Positions 26,742 through 35,657 of a stretch of DNA of 64,000 nt are shown here, in pieces. A program made the translations under genes and the position numbers. Each line of letters begins with the position of its first letter. Position 1 is the first letter of the stretch. The notes under the pieces were generated by a model. It ran no database searches, was not told the origin of the DNA, and worked only from the letters and a program-made list of their open reading frames with translations. This DNA is from a phage: the sequence record PX880099.1; one strand, given 5' to 3'.

Positions 26742-27014
26742 CTAACACATTGAGGAAGAAGAGATCCAAACACCTCTTGTGGTTAAACCATTTTCATCCA
26801 ACTCTACACCATAATCTTCACAAATGAAATCAATATAGTGATCTGCGGCTGGCGTTCCTGTAGGGTAATAAGTTTCTCCGTTACCGTAGTCACCTATCCA
26901 AGCTTGTTCCTGGAACTGTTCACAAAGTTCTTCAATTTCCTTACGAAACTTTCTTTGTGCTTGTTCCATCTCTTTAACTTTCTTTTTTATCAGCAGTTCG
27001 CCTTCAGATTCCAC
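26742..27014 (-). CDS. small protein with C-terminal W-x-SSSS-x-C tail (family C, member 1)
   Basis: C-terminus TRGVWISSSSMC. Confidence 0.5.
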   Translation of the reverse strand: MESEGELLIKKKVKEMEQAQRKFRKEIEELCEQFQEQAWIGDYGNGETYYPTGTPAADHYIDFICEDYGVELDENGLTTRGVWISSSSMC

Positions 27015-27023
27015 AATCTCTCC

Positions 27024-27284
27024 TTAACAGCTACTACTGTGCCAAACGCCTTGAGAATTAACGACGAAACCATCATCACCTTCACCATAACAAGAAGAGG
27101 ATTGCCAATCTTCAAAACAGATTGCGTCATTTTCTAAACTAAGACCAAAACCAGCATCTTCAGCTTCTTTTGTAAGTTCGTCCACTAAAGCCATAATAGC
27201 TTGGGCTTTTTCAGTTAATTCTTCAACATTACGATCACTCATTAGTATTTCTCCTCCGGTTGGAAAACTGAACGACAAGCCCAC
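27024..27284 (-). CDS. small protein with C-terminal WHSSSC tail (family C, member 2)
   Basis: C-terminus SQGVWHSSSC plus internal EDWQSSSCYGEGDDGF. Confidence 0.5.
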   Translation of the reverse strand: MGLSFSFPTGGEILMSDRNVEELTEKAQAIMALVDELTKEAEDAGFGLSLENDAICFEDWQSSSCYGEGDDGFVVNSQGVWHSSSC

Positions 27285-27556
27285 ATACTAGCTTCTTTTA
27301 AATGTTTAATAGCACAACGGATTTGATCAATACGTTCGTATGCAAGATCTAATTCTTTTTCTGTGCCGTCAAAAGACCCATGATATGCTTCACAATACTC
27401 TTCCTCTAAAGCTTTGAAGATTAAACCTAAACGCTCTTCTGCATCTTTAATAGCGTTAACCTTGCCAATCTTATCGTCAGTATGCGCCTTATAACCTTTG
27501 ATATCTTCGATTCCCACTTTACCTCCTATTAACAACTTAAAGAAGATGGATGCCAA
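27242..27556 (-). CDS. hypothetical protein (104 aa)
   Basis: ORF. Confidence 0.45.
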   Translation of the reverse strand: MASIFFKLLIGGKVGIEDIKGYKAHTDDKIGKVNAIKDAEERLGLIFKALEEEYCEAYHGSFDGTEKELDLAYERIDQIRCAIKHLKEASMWACRSVFQPEEKY

Positions 27557-27726
27557 TTTGTTCCAGTATTCTCATTTTCATCTTCTGGATCATAATAACC
27601 ACCCATCCCATATTCAGGGGAGAAACGGAAACCTTTACCAGTCTCATCTGCTAACTGCTCTGCTTCCGCTAAAGCCTCATAAGCTGCTTTTACGGCTTCT
27701 TCTACTGTTTTAAACTTGGTCGTCAT
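27529..27726 (-). CDS. small protein with C-terminal WHPSSLSC tail (family C, member 3)
   Basis: C-terminus TGTNWHPSSLSC. Confidence 0.5.
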   Translation of the reverse strand: MTTKFKTVEEAVKAAYEALAEAEQLADETGKGFRFSPEYGMGGYYDPEDENENTGTNWHPSSLSC

Positions 27727-28000
27727 AAAATTTCTCCTCTCCTAAAGACATGTTGACATGAAATGCACGATATGTAAATTCGTTGTCCGTTGTGTTTGAA
27801 TAAAACTCAAATTGAACAACACCGTCTTGAGAAGACAGATACATGCCAATTTGAACTGTTCCTTCTGGTACCAGGTAAGCATACTCTGGACGTAGTGTTA
27901 CATTGTAAAAATAAAGTTCCCCAACACCCATTTCATCCCAAGCTTCCCAAGCGGTAACGAAGTTACTTTCAAAACTTGTTACTGATCCGAACTCTGCCAT
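27710..28000 (-). CDS. hypothetical protein (96 aa)
   Basis: ORF. Confidence 0.5.
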   Translation of the reverse strand: MAEFGSVTSFESNFVTAWEAWDEMGVGELYFYNVTLRPEYAYLVPEGTVQIGMYLSSQDGVVQFEFYSNTTDNEFTYRAFHVNMSLGEEKFYDDQV

Positions 28001-28491
28001 AAAACCTCCTCAATCTTGTAGTTTGACTCCATCTCCAACACATTTCCACGAACGTCTCTCCGAAGAAAGGCATAAGCTTTATTAGGTATTGTAGACTCAT
28101 ATTTAACCATATCTGGCACAGCAAAAGATACTACTACTCCTGCTGGGCTTCTGTCAAGAGCCTTATTAATATTTCTAAGGATATCGTTAGCCAAGATTTC
28201 TGCCAATTCTCCAAGAACAGTTTCGGTTATATCTTTATATCCCATTAAGTATTTGTTGATATCTTTCATCTCTGTATTGTTCAGAGTATAGTCCAAAGGA
28301 TAGAAATTCAAAGCGGAGTCACTTTTATGTGTCCACATGAAATGCACCCGATCCGAGCAGAATCGTAACCCTCTGTGAAGAATATCTTCTACAACAGGGA
28401 GAATTTCTTTTGTCACATCATTAACCATGTTGTAATCTAAGATTTCTGCCAAGTTTGTTCTTTGTTCACCACGTTTACGTTTAGGAATCAC
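27979..28491 (-). CDS. hypothetical protein (170 aa)
   Basis: ORF. Confidence 0.5.
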   Translation of the reverse strand: MIPKRKRGEQRTNLAEILDYNMVNDVTKEILPVVEDILHRGLRFCSDRVHFMWTHKSDSALNFYPLDYTLNNTEMKDINKYLMGYKDITETVLGELAEILANDILRNINKALDRSPAGVVVSFAVPDMVKYESTIPNKAYAFLRRDVRGNVLEMESNYKIEEVLWQSSDQ

Positions 28492-29062
28492 TTGTTATTG
28501 CCCTCATTACCAAAGGTCGTAGAAAATCGTAAATCTCTTGTTTTGTTTTCCCACGAATGTTTAAACAAGGAACATTATTGGCTTTAGCTATCTTCCAAGC
28601 CGTAGCTGTTCCACCTTTTGCATCTCCATGTTTATCAGTATTAGCACAAGCCAACAAGAAACATGATGGAGCAGGATTCTCCAAATCTCTACCTAACACT
28701 TGATGCACATTACGTTGGTGCAATTTTCTAGCACCCTGCTTAAGCTTTTCATAGGCTGGGTGAACATCTTTGATCCATTGCACAGAGATAGCATAGTTCA
28801 TTGTATCTGGTTTTGCAAGAACAATAACATCCCCTGGAATCTGATTACCTTTGAAATTTTCCCAAGGAACATAAATCTCCTTGTTAGTAGGATTTTCAGA
28901 CTCTTGGACACCTGTTTCAAAAGCAGAATCACTACCCTCTGCCTTCCCAGACCTTAATTTAAACCCAAGGTTTGAAAGCCATTTCCCTATGCCTACCATC
29001 AAAGCCCACTCTTCTTCGGATATGTCTCTACTTCCAACTCCCGTATAGAACAGTTCTGCCAT
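28481..29062 (-). CDS. DprA/Smf-like (SLOG-type Rossmann fold) protein
   Basis: FYTGVGSRD ... RSGKAEGSDSAFETG resembles the GxR ... SGGAxGxDxxA pattern; start at ATG 29062 (SD GAGGTG). Confidence 0.4.
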   Translation of the reverse strand: MAELFYTGVGSRDISEEEWALMVGIGKWLSNLGFKLRSGKAEGSDSAFETGVQESENPTNKEIYVPWENFKGNQIPGDVIVLAKPDTMNYAISVQWIKDVHPAYEKLKQGARKLHQRNVHQVLGRDLENPAPSCFLLACANTDKHGDAKGGTATAWKIAKANNVPCLNIRGKTKQEIYDFLRPLVMRAITSDS

Positions 29063-29069
29063 AATCACC

Positions 29070-29378
29070 TCAACAAGTAATTTCAAAAGGTGTATAGGGT
29101 TCCGTATTTCTCATGATCCAAGGACTGCTAGGATTGCTCGGATCATAAGGACCGAAAGGTTTTATGGTAGGTTGTGTTTCTTTCTTCTGAATCTCTTCAA
29201 AAATACGACGAAGTTCAGAATATTCTTGATCCACCATAAGATTCGGTGCATCTGATTCTACAGCTTGCAGGTTATTTTCCTTAAAAACAACCTCACGAAC
29301 AAGATTAACATCCTCTGTTTCTAAGATAACTTCTTTACGGATATTACCTACACTTTGAATAATTGTAATCTTATACAT
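29070..29378 (-). CDS. hypothetical protein (102 aa)
   Basis: ORF. Confidence 0.5.
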   Translation of the reverse strand: MYKITIIQSVGNIRKEVILETEDVNLVREVVFKENNLQAVESDAPNLMVDQEYSELRRIFEEIQKKETQPTIKPFGPYDPSNPSSPWIMRNTEPYTPFEITC

Positions 29379-30121
29379 TAATCCTCCTCAAGAGTTGAAT
29401 AAAATTGAAGACCACCGTCCATATCGAAATAAGCAAATGTTAAGTTATTATTGAACACAGATCCAGTATCCATATAAACACGATTCGCATTGATAATAGG
29501 TGTTTTTACATAAGAGTGTCCATGAAACACATAATCCACACCCATCACAACAGGAAGTTTCATTCCCTCTTTAGCACAGTCTACCATGTCTCTGTCCCAC
29601 ATAAGTGCTTCAGCAAAACGGTTTTCCTGTGTTTTTGTCATCTTCAAAATGTATTCTGGAATATCTGTTACAGGGAGATATTCCAAAGAAGATGGATACC
29701 CACCATGAATAAACGCAAGTTTCATGCCTCTGTAGTTAACAATGAGAACAACAGGTAAATCTTCTGTCATCATTGCTAAGGCTGTAGCTCCTTCTTCACC
29801 ACATTCTTCAAGGACCGTATATCCTCCATTTTGATACCAACACTCGAAGTAGCTACGATCTCCTTCCAGCATACCTTTAATCATCATATCTTCATGATTT
29901 CCACGAACAGCGTAGCGATTGTGTTTACGAGTAAATTCTAAAACACAACGAAAGTTTTGCTTTCCACGGTCAGTAAGATCTCCTAAAGATACAACTACAT
30001 CTGTATCTCGGATACCTAACTTTGCCTTTCCTTTTTCATACAAATTATAACAACCGTGTAGATCTCCAATTATAAAAAGATCTTGATCGCTTTTAACAGT
30101 AATTTCTCTGTGTATGATCAC
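29378..30121 (-). CDS. Ser/Thr protein phosphatase (calcineurin-like metallophosphoesterase)
   Basis: GDLHG, GDLTDRG, GNHE motifs. Confidence 0.85.
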   Translation of the reverse strand: MIIHREITVKSDQDLFIIGDLHGCYNLYEKGKAKLGIRDTDVVVSLGDLTDRGKQNFRCVLEFTRKHNRYAVRGNHEDMMIKGMLEGDRSYFECWYQNGGYTVLEECGEEGATALAMMTEDLPVVLIVNYRGMKLAFIHGGYPSSLEYLPVTDIPEYILKMTKTQENRFAEALMWDRDMVDCAKEGMKLPVVMGVDYVFHGHSYVKTPIINANRVYMDTGSVFNNNLTFAYFDMDGGLQFYSTLEED

Positions 30122-30447
30122 TTATCCTCCTCAAAATCTAAGAAAATAAAAATATTTACCTTTCCTTCAATCTCTTGTTCTAAAACAAGATCGGCAAATT
30201 CTGCATAAGCTTTCTCTTCAACTTTTTCAATATGTTCTGCGGCATCTTTAAAAGGTGTATCCCCATCCACCTTTACTAATAAGAAAAGAGATCGCATTTC
30301 GACGCTTTTACTGTTACGAGGAAGGAAATCTACAGCTTCAACAATTCTCCAACCCAAATAGCCAGGGGTTTTATGAATCTCCCCTAAATACTTTTCTAAG
30401 ATTTTACGACCCTCGTCGATAAGGGCTTGTTCTGTAGTAATTTCCAT
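30118..30447 (-). CDS. hypothetical protein (109 aa)
   Basis: ATGA-coupled ORF. Confidence 0.5.
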   Translation of the reverse strand: MEITTEQALIDEGRKILEKYLGEIHKTPGYLGWRIVEAVDFLPRNSKSVEMRSLFLLVKVDGDTPFKDAAEHIEKVEEKAYAEFADLVLEQEIEGKVNIFIFLDFEEDK

Positions 30448-30457
30448 TCCTTCCTCC

Positions 30458-31048
30458 TCAAATTATTAACGAAACCGCATGACTAAATCTTGGTTCAGAT
30501 ATAACCTCTGCTACAGTCACATATGTATCGTGCAGCCAAAAAGATTCTACTCTACAAACACAAATACCGTTGATAATGAAATCTACACAGGATTTATTAT
30601 TTTCGCACACCTGTTGACTATAAACAACCCCTAAAGAGTCATAAAGTGATCTCACTGTTGCTATCATTTCATCTGTTTCGTCTTCCTGTGAAACAAAGAA
30701 AACGAATACAGACAAGTTATTAGCGAAAGTATTGCTATTCTCTACTTCAACCGACTTACAAGGTAAAAAGGAGTAATATTTACCGCTAGGTATCAATTTC
30801 GCCTCAACCTGGTTAAGTATGCTTTGAGATGGTTTTGTTACATAAAAAAGATTTTCTGTTGGGTTTTCAACATTACTCCTTACTATGCAACGAGTGGGGT
30901 TCGAAGGATCAAAAACATGATCGAAATCGACACACACAGGTAAGTTAACAACTTTAAACTTTTTGCTAAGAATGCTTACTGCTGTAAAAATCAAACCAGC
31001 ATTTATTTTGCCAGTGAAAGTTGAACGCATAACTACTCCTCGGATCAT
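30458..31048 (-). CDS. hypothetical protein (196 aa)
   Basis: ORF. Confidence 0.5.
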   Translation of the reverse strand: MIRGVVMRSTFTGKINAGLIFTAVSILSKKFKVVNLPVCVDFDHVFDPSNPTRCIVRSNVENPTENLFYVTKPSQSILNQVEAKLIPSGKYYSFLPCKSVEVENSNTFANNLSVFVFFVSQEDETDEMIATVRSLYDSLGVVYSQQVCENNKSCVDFIINGICVCRVESFWLHDTYVTVAEVISEPRFSHAVSLII

Positions 31049-31239
31049 TCTACCAAAGAGAATTCCGCCTCTTCCAGGTAGATTACAGACCTTGTTGCAT
31101 GATATTTAACGCTCCAGAAATTACCTTCGCGCCGTAAAAGTATCTCATTCACATCAAGATTGCTTAGAAAAACCATATAACTTAAAGCTTGTTGACGCGT
31201 TGAGAATTGTTTCTCTAAAAGTTCTTCTCCGCTCTGCAT
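31045..31239 (-). CDS. hypothetical protein (64 aa)
   Basis: Coupled ORF. Confidence 0.45.
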   Translation of the reverse strand: MQSGEELLEKQFSTRQQALSYMVFLSNLDVNEILLRREGNFWSVKYHATRSVIYLEEAEFSLVE

Positions 31240-31284
31240 AATCCCTCCTTAAAATACTCCCTCCGAAAAGGGAGTATAAGTATA

Positions 31285-31488
31285 TCACGTAGTTGTTATG
31301 TTGTCTTCTTGGATACTAGAATCCACTTCTGCAAACATATCTTCTGCACTGTAATTATTTCCAGTCCAGCGTGATAAAAGGACAGCACCAATCTCTTTTG
31401 CATGAGATTCGGACTCCGCATAAACGTTAGTCCCAGTGTCACCTTTTTTCTTTTCATGTGCATAAATGCAGTAATAATTGTAAGCCAT
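31285..31488 (-). CDS. hypothetical protein (67 aa)
   Basis: ORF. Confidence 0.45.
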   Translation of the reverse strand: MAYNYYCIYAHEKKKGDTGTNVYAESESHAKEIGAVLLSRWTGNNYSAEDMFAEVDSSIQEDNITTT

Positions 31489-31724
31489 TAGTCTTCCCAG
31501 TCATTGTCCTCGGTAGAGTGAACCAAAGCTCGCACGATACCACCGTAATCTACTGCCTGATTTGCAGCATGTTCGGCATAAACTTCAATGGCTTTTTTGA
31601 AGAAAAGAGCAGTAGCTGCTTCAATATTATCCATTTCGCCATCTACATCAGTAGAAAGTGAAAGGTTGAGGCTTTCATCTACTTCATCAAAATCAATAGC
31701 CACTGTCATAATTAGTTTACCCAT
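31488..31724 (-). CDS. hypothetical acidic protein (78 aa)
   Basis: ORF. Confidence 0.45.
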   Translation of the reverse strand: MGKLIMTVAIDFDEVDESLNLSLSTDVDGEMDNIEAATALFFKKAIEVYAEHAANQAVDYGGIVRALVHSTEDNDWED

Positions 31725-31736
31725 AGTTCACACTCC

Positions 31737-32246
31737 TTAAACAAAATAAAATGGTTGAGAGAGGCCCAAACGATTCTTTGGGTCGTATACATACCAAGCG
31801 TATGCTGTCTTATCTGTTCCACCTGCAACAAACGAAGGCCGTTCTGAAAGGACTATAAGGTTCGTTGGTGGATTCTTTTGATGGAACTCTCGTCGTTTCT
31901 TTGACTCCAAGAAGCCCAACCGAAGAAGATAAATACAAACATCCGCCTCTTTTAAGCTCTTTTCCAAGAACTCCATTGCTAACTTGAATGGAGGATTTGT
32001 GATTATAATGTCGGGACGATTTTCCCATTCATGACTAAAATAATCTTTACCTTCTTCAAGTTCACAATATTCTGAACCTTCAGGAAAATGGCGATAAATC
32101 GCTTCAGCTTCACCTCTACAAGGTTCTGCAAAAACCCAACCTTCTTCCTTTAGATTTTTGAAATCTATAACACTAAACAAACTATTGATTGCTTTTTGCG
32201 GTGTCGGATAATAATCGCTCGTTGGGCGATCATAATCTAATGCCAT
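31737..32246 (-). CDS. putative DNA methyltransferase (NPPF motif, N6A/N4C class)
   Basis: DIIITNPPF (motif IV-like). Confidence 0.4.
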   Translation of the reverse strand: MALDYDRPTSDYYPTPQKAINSLFSVIDFKNLKEEGWVFAEPCRGEAEAIYRHFPEGSEYCELEEGKDYFSHEWENRPDIIITNPPFKLAMEFLEKSLKEADVCIYLLRLGFLESKKRREFHQKNPPTNLIVLSERPSFVAGGTDKTAYAWYVYDPKNRLGLSQPFYFV

Positions 32247-32664
32247 CTAAAATCTCCTCTTTTGTAATATTATCCAACTCTTTAAAGGATGAAATCTCAT
32301 TTAATAATCCTATTTGATCAGCCTCTAGAGGATAAGTGTTTTTATCTGTTTTTCTAGACAGAATATCTTCAACAAACTTATCAATAGCCAAAGAAGAATC
32401 ATAAAATTTTAAAAGTTGGTAATCCATAGGAGATATTTTGTCATCTCTTAGAAATATTTCTAACATGTTTTCAGGAGTATCGTGGTTTAGTTTATGTTCA
32501 CCAAAAATATTAACTTCGTAAACATCTTTGCCAAACCAACGTTTTTTCTTTTCAACAGTATAGGTTTTTGCCACCAGACCATCTAAACAGTTTCTTGCCC
32601 TCTTACATGTTTGACGGTAAGAGTGGATAGCGCCTTCAACAAACTTAGCAGGAACTTGTAACAT
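32230..32664 (-). CDS. hypothetical protein (144 aa)
   Basis: ORF. Confidence 0.5.
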   Translation of the reverse strand: MLQVPAKFVEGAIHSYRQTCKRARNCLDGLVAKTYTVEKKKRWFGKDVYEVNIFGEHKLNHDTPENMLEIFLRDDKISPMDYQLLKFYDSSLAIDKFVEDILSRKTDKNTYPLEADQIGLLNEISSFKELDNITKEEILDGIRL

Positions 32665-32709
32665 TATTAATCTCCTATGTTTAAGAAATGCCCCCGAAGG
32701 GGCAGTTTG

Positions 32710-33402
32710 TTAAATAGCGGTTCCTTCGAAATCCGCCACATTTACGAGATTAATATTTTCAGATTTAGAAGTCAAGTTGTTTTCTGCAACAGATTTTTCT
32801 TCAGTATCCGCCTCGTTACCTGCCACGTTACGAGGTTCTTCTTCACCGTAGGGATTACCGAATTTCAAAAGATTGATTAATTCTTCTTTGGAGAAGTTTT
32901 CTAAATCATCGTCTGTTAATTCAATAATCTCGTCTTGTTCTTCAATAAATGTTTCACCACCAGAAAAAGCATCTCGCTTTTTAGCTACTTCCATAGCCTG
33001 TTCTGGTGTTGCCCCTGCATCAAGAGCAGCTAAAGCAAAGTCTGACCCACTCCCCACTGCATAATATTCTTCATCAATCGGATATGCACGTGTTGGGTTG
33101 TTACCTTCGTGCAGGAAAATACGTCCGTCTGGATGAACAACAAGTGCAATAAACTCTTCATCTTCTTTGTCTGGATCAGAATGAATCATCAAACCAGGGA
33201 CAGCATCGCGTGCTGCTTCGCACTGTAGATTTTGTTCAAACCATTGAAAGAAAGAAAGCACGGAGGTCAGACGACCAGCACCACCTACAAGGTAATCTCC
33301 AATTTTTCGGACCTTTTTGAAATTAATAGAATCTACACGTCCACCAAAAGTTACCTTACCATCACTCAAAATCTTATTTTTGGTTGCAATAATTGTCGTC
33401 AC
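32710..33402 (-). CDS. HslV-like Ntn-hydrolase peptidase (proteasome beta-type) with acidic C-terminal extension
   Basis: MTTIIATKN (Thr right after Met), GGAG, AVGSGSDFALAAL resemble HslV TTIV...GFAGG...AIGSGG..A.AAA. Confidence 0.6.
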   Translation of the reverse strand: MTTIIATKNKILSDGKVTFGGRVDSINFKKVRKIGDYLVGGAGRLTSVLSFFQWFEQNLQCEAARDAVPGLMIHSDPDKEDEEFIALVVHPDGRIFLHEGNNPTRAYPIDEEYYAVGSGSDFALAALDAGATPEQAMEVAKKRDAFSGGETFIEEQDEIIELTDDDLENFSKEELINLLKFGNPYGEEEPRNVAGNEADTEEKSVAENNLTSKSENINLVNVADFEGTAI

Positions 33403-33905
33403 TATTCTTCCTCCTCTGTTAATGTTTTAAGAACCGCTTTCCCGCCATTCACATATTTGCAGATGTATTCTATCGCACGTAGTGTCTCTTTGTCAACAAA
33501 AATTTGATCAGACGTTGCGAGCGGGTTATTAAGAAGATCACTGCAATCACGAACAAGCAGTGCTTTCTTATTAAACAAATTACTTAAGAACAGTAACTTC
33601 GCCTCTTCTTCTGTTATATGCAGAAGGCTAGGATCGGAGCCAGCTATTCCTATTATACAATCAAACAAGCTTTCTTTACTATCAGAAAGTTCTTGAAAAT
33701 GGTTTAAAAGCCAATCTTCTCCTAGACACCAACATTTAAACATTTCCAGTTTATCTCGGAGGGTCATATTCTCTAAAGTAAGAGCAATCTCTTTTTCAAT
33801 ATGGTTTACACAAATTTGACGAAATTCGTTAGGTTTTACGAGTCCCGTTTGATAGCACTCATCTATACCGCTTCTTCCGATAGCTATTGTTGCTACACCC
33901 ATCAA
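33402..33905 (-). CDS. hypothetical protein (167 aa) upstream of HslV-like gene
   Basis: ATGA-coupled to HslV-like ORF. Confidence 0.5.
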   Translation of the reverse strand: MMGVATIAIGRSGIDECYQTGLVKPNEFRQICVNHIEKEIALTLENMTLRDKLEMFKCWCLGEDWLLNHFQELSDSKESLFDCIIGIAGSDPSLLHITEEEAKLLFLSNLFNKKALLVRDCSDLLNNPLATSDQIFVDKETLRAIEYICKYVNGGKAVLKTLTEEEE

Positions 33906-33937
33906 TCCTCCTTATAAATGGCTTCCCTGCCATGTTA

Positions 33938-34696
33938 TTAAATAAACACTTCAGTAATCAGTTTAGACAAACGTCCACGTTTATTATCGTCCGTTGTCAG
34001 TTCAACGTATCCAATAAAATCTACAATTGGCTCACGAACACCTTCTTCATTTTCTGGATACAAAAGTTCCAAAATTTGATGCAGACCATTGCTACGTTTT
34101 TTAATTGCATATGTCTGGCGAACATCGCCTAATACAATAACATGCGTATTAATACCTGCACGTTCAATAAGAAGTTTAAGTGTTTCTGTTGACATAAGTT
34201 GTGCTTCGTCAATAATGACGATTGTATTATCCAGGGTAGCCCCCAACAAATAGTTAGGAATATTCAATTCGATCTTACCTGATCCAATATCGTTTTCCAA
34301 TTTGTTGGCTGTCATGAATTGCTGGAAAATACGTTTTGTAGATTCATAGTGTGCTGCTAGTTTATCTGTTTTATCCCCAGACAAGAAACCAATCTGGTCA
34401 TCTCCGACTTCAGTAGGGTTCTTAATAAAAAGTAGTTTACGGAAGTCTCCTGAACGAAGCATCTGCAAAGCTTTCCATAAAGCAACAGAGGTTTTACCAG
34501 TCCCTGCCGGAGCATTTACAACAGTCAGATCATTCCAAATCATACTTTGAACAATCTTATTTTGGTCCCCTTCAGGCATAAATTCATCTAAACGGTAATC
34601 GTCATTACCTACCGCTTTTGCTGCATAACGGCTTTCAATCTTTGCTGAATTAGCCAGTTTCTGCCGTTGTGTTTTAGCTGCGGTTTTATTTCCCAT
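33938..34696 (-). CDS. phoH: PhoH-like ATPase
   Basis: Walker A NAPAGTGKT; Walker B IIDEAQ; start taken at ATG 34696 (MGNKTAAK). Confidence 0.85.
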   Translation of the reverse strand: MGNKTAAKTQRQKLANSAKIESRYAAKAVGNDDYRLDEFMPEGDQNKIVQSMIWNDLTVVNAPAGTGKTSVALWKALQMLRSGDFRKLLFIKNPTEVGDDQIGFLSGDKTDKLAAHYESTKRIFQQFMTANKLENDIGSGKIELNIPNYLLGATLDNTIVIIDEAQLMSTETLKLLIERAGINTHVIVLGDVRQTYAIKKRSNGLHQILELLYPENEEGVREPIVDFIGYVELTTDDNKRGRLSKLITEVFI

Positions 34697-34714
34697 AGTA
34701 GCACTCCTTTTAGA

Positions 34715-34730
34715 AGGGGCCGAAGCCCCT
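34715..34730 (-). other. conserved hairpin AGGGGCCGAAGCCCCT (copy 2 of 3)
   Basis: Between lysozyme stop and phoH start. Confidence 0.6.
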
Positions 34731-34733
34731 TTA

Positions 34734-35234
34734 TTAGTTGTAAGCATCTAAAGTTCCAGAAGTCAGAACTTTAATTACTCGTTCAGCACGGTTTGGCGTC
34801 TGGCTATACCATCGGCTTTTACGCATGTTTTTACCTGCTTGAGTATAATATGCATTGCTGATTAAAGTCAAGCTATTTTGAAACCCTTCAGCACCTTTTA
34901 ACCCCAACTGGAAAACCATGTTGATTATTCCCAATTTACGAGTATCACTAACCTTATCATAGATTGGTGATAAGATAGTACTGTTTTTTATGTCTCTCTT
35001 CACTTTTGCAACATCGTCAGCAAAGATTTGACGGGCTTCTTTTTCTGTGATAACTCCATTAGTCTTACGACCAAGAAGATTATCTAAGATTTGAATAGCC
35101 TTTGCTTTATCTTTTATTTTAGTCAGAAGGTGTCCTATGCCGACTGTCCAATAACCAAGATGGTCTTGATAAACAGTAAGCTTCAGTCCTTCATCGACTC
35201 GTAGCATATCAAACTCATCTACTACTTTAGCCAT
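34734..35234 (-). CDS. T4-type lysozyme (endolysin, GH24)
   Basis: LRVDEGLKLTVYQDHLGYWTVGIGHLLTK and C-terminal RWYSQTPNRAERVI closely match T4 lysozyme. Confidence 0.95.
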   Translation of the reverse strand: MAKVVDEFDMLRVDEGLKLTVYQDHLGYWTVGIGHLLTKIKDKAKAIQILDNLLGRKTNGVITEKEARQIFADDVAKVKRDIKNSTILSPIYDKVSDTRKLGIINMVFQLGLKGAEGFQNSLTLISNAYYTQAGKNMRKSRWYSQTPNRAERVIKVLTSGTLDAYN

Positions 35235-35241
35235 TTACTTC

Positions 35242-35391
35242 CTATTCGTCGTCTCCTACTCCGTGATCCAACTCGTTAAACAACAGATGTTCTGGAGAAG
35301 TTTCACGTTTTGGTTTCGTTTTCTTTATGTTGGACTTCAGCTCATTTGCCAAAGCACGAGAAAAGATCTTACGTTTCTGTTTACTTTTCAT
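35242..35391 (-). CDS. small basic protein (49 aa)
   Basis: MKSKQKRKIFSRALANELKSNIKKTKPKRE...; below ORF-track cutoff. Confidence 0.3.
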   Translation of the reverse strand: MKSKQKRKIFSRALANELKSNIKKTKPKRETSPEHLLFNELDHGVGDDE

Positions 35392-35396
35392 AATTG

Positions 35397-35657
35397 TTAC
35401 TCCGCAATTTGAGCCATGAGATCACGCAGTTCGGTAAAACCGCCTACGTATGTTACCTCCCCGTTCACTTCAGACAGAATTTGTGGAAATGTGCGTGGAG
35501 GAACTCCGGTAAGATCAACAACTGTTTTAGTCATTGATTCTAAATCATAGTCTTGGTCAAGACTTAAATATTCAAACTGTTTATTGCGCATAGTCAATAG
35601 TTGTTTTGACATTTCACAAAATTGACAGTTAGGTTTACCAAAAATTACAAATTCCAT
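35397..35657 (-). CDS. glutaredoxin (thioredoxin-fold)
   Basis: FGKPNCQFCEMSK CxxC active-site-like; 86 aa; adjacent to rml and nrd genes. Confidence 0.7.
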   Translation of the reverse strand: MEFVIFGKPNCQFCEMSKQLLTMRNKQFEYLSLDQDYDLESMTKTVVDLTGVPPRTFPQILSEVNGEVTYVGGFTELRDLMAQIAE

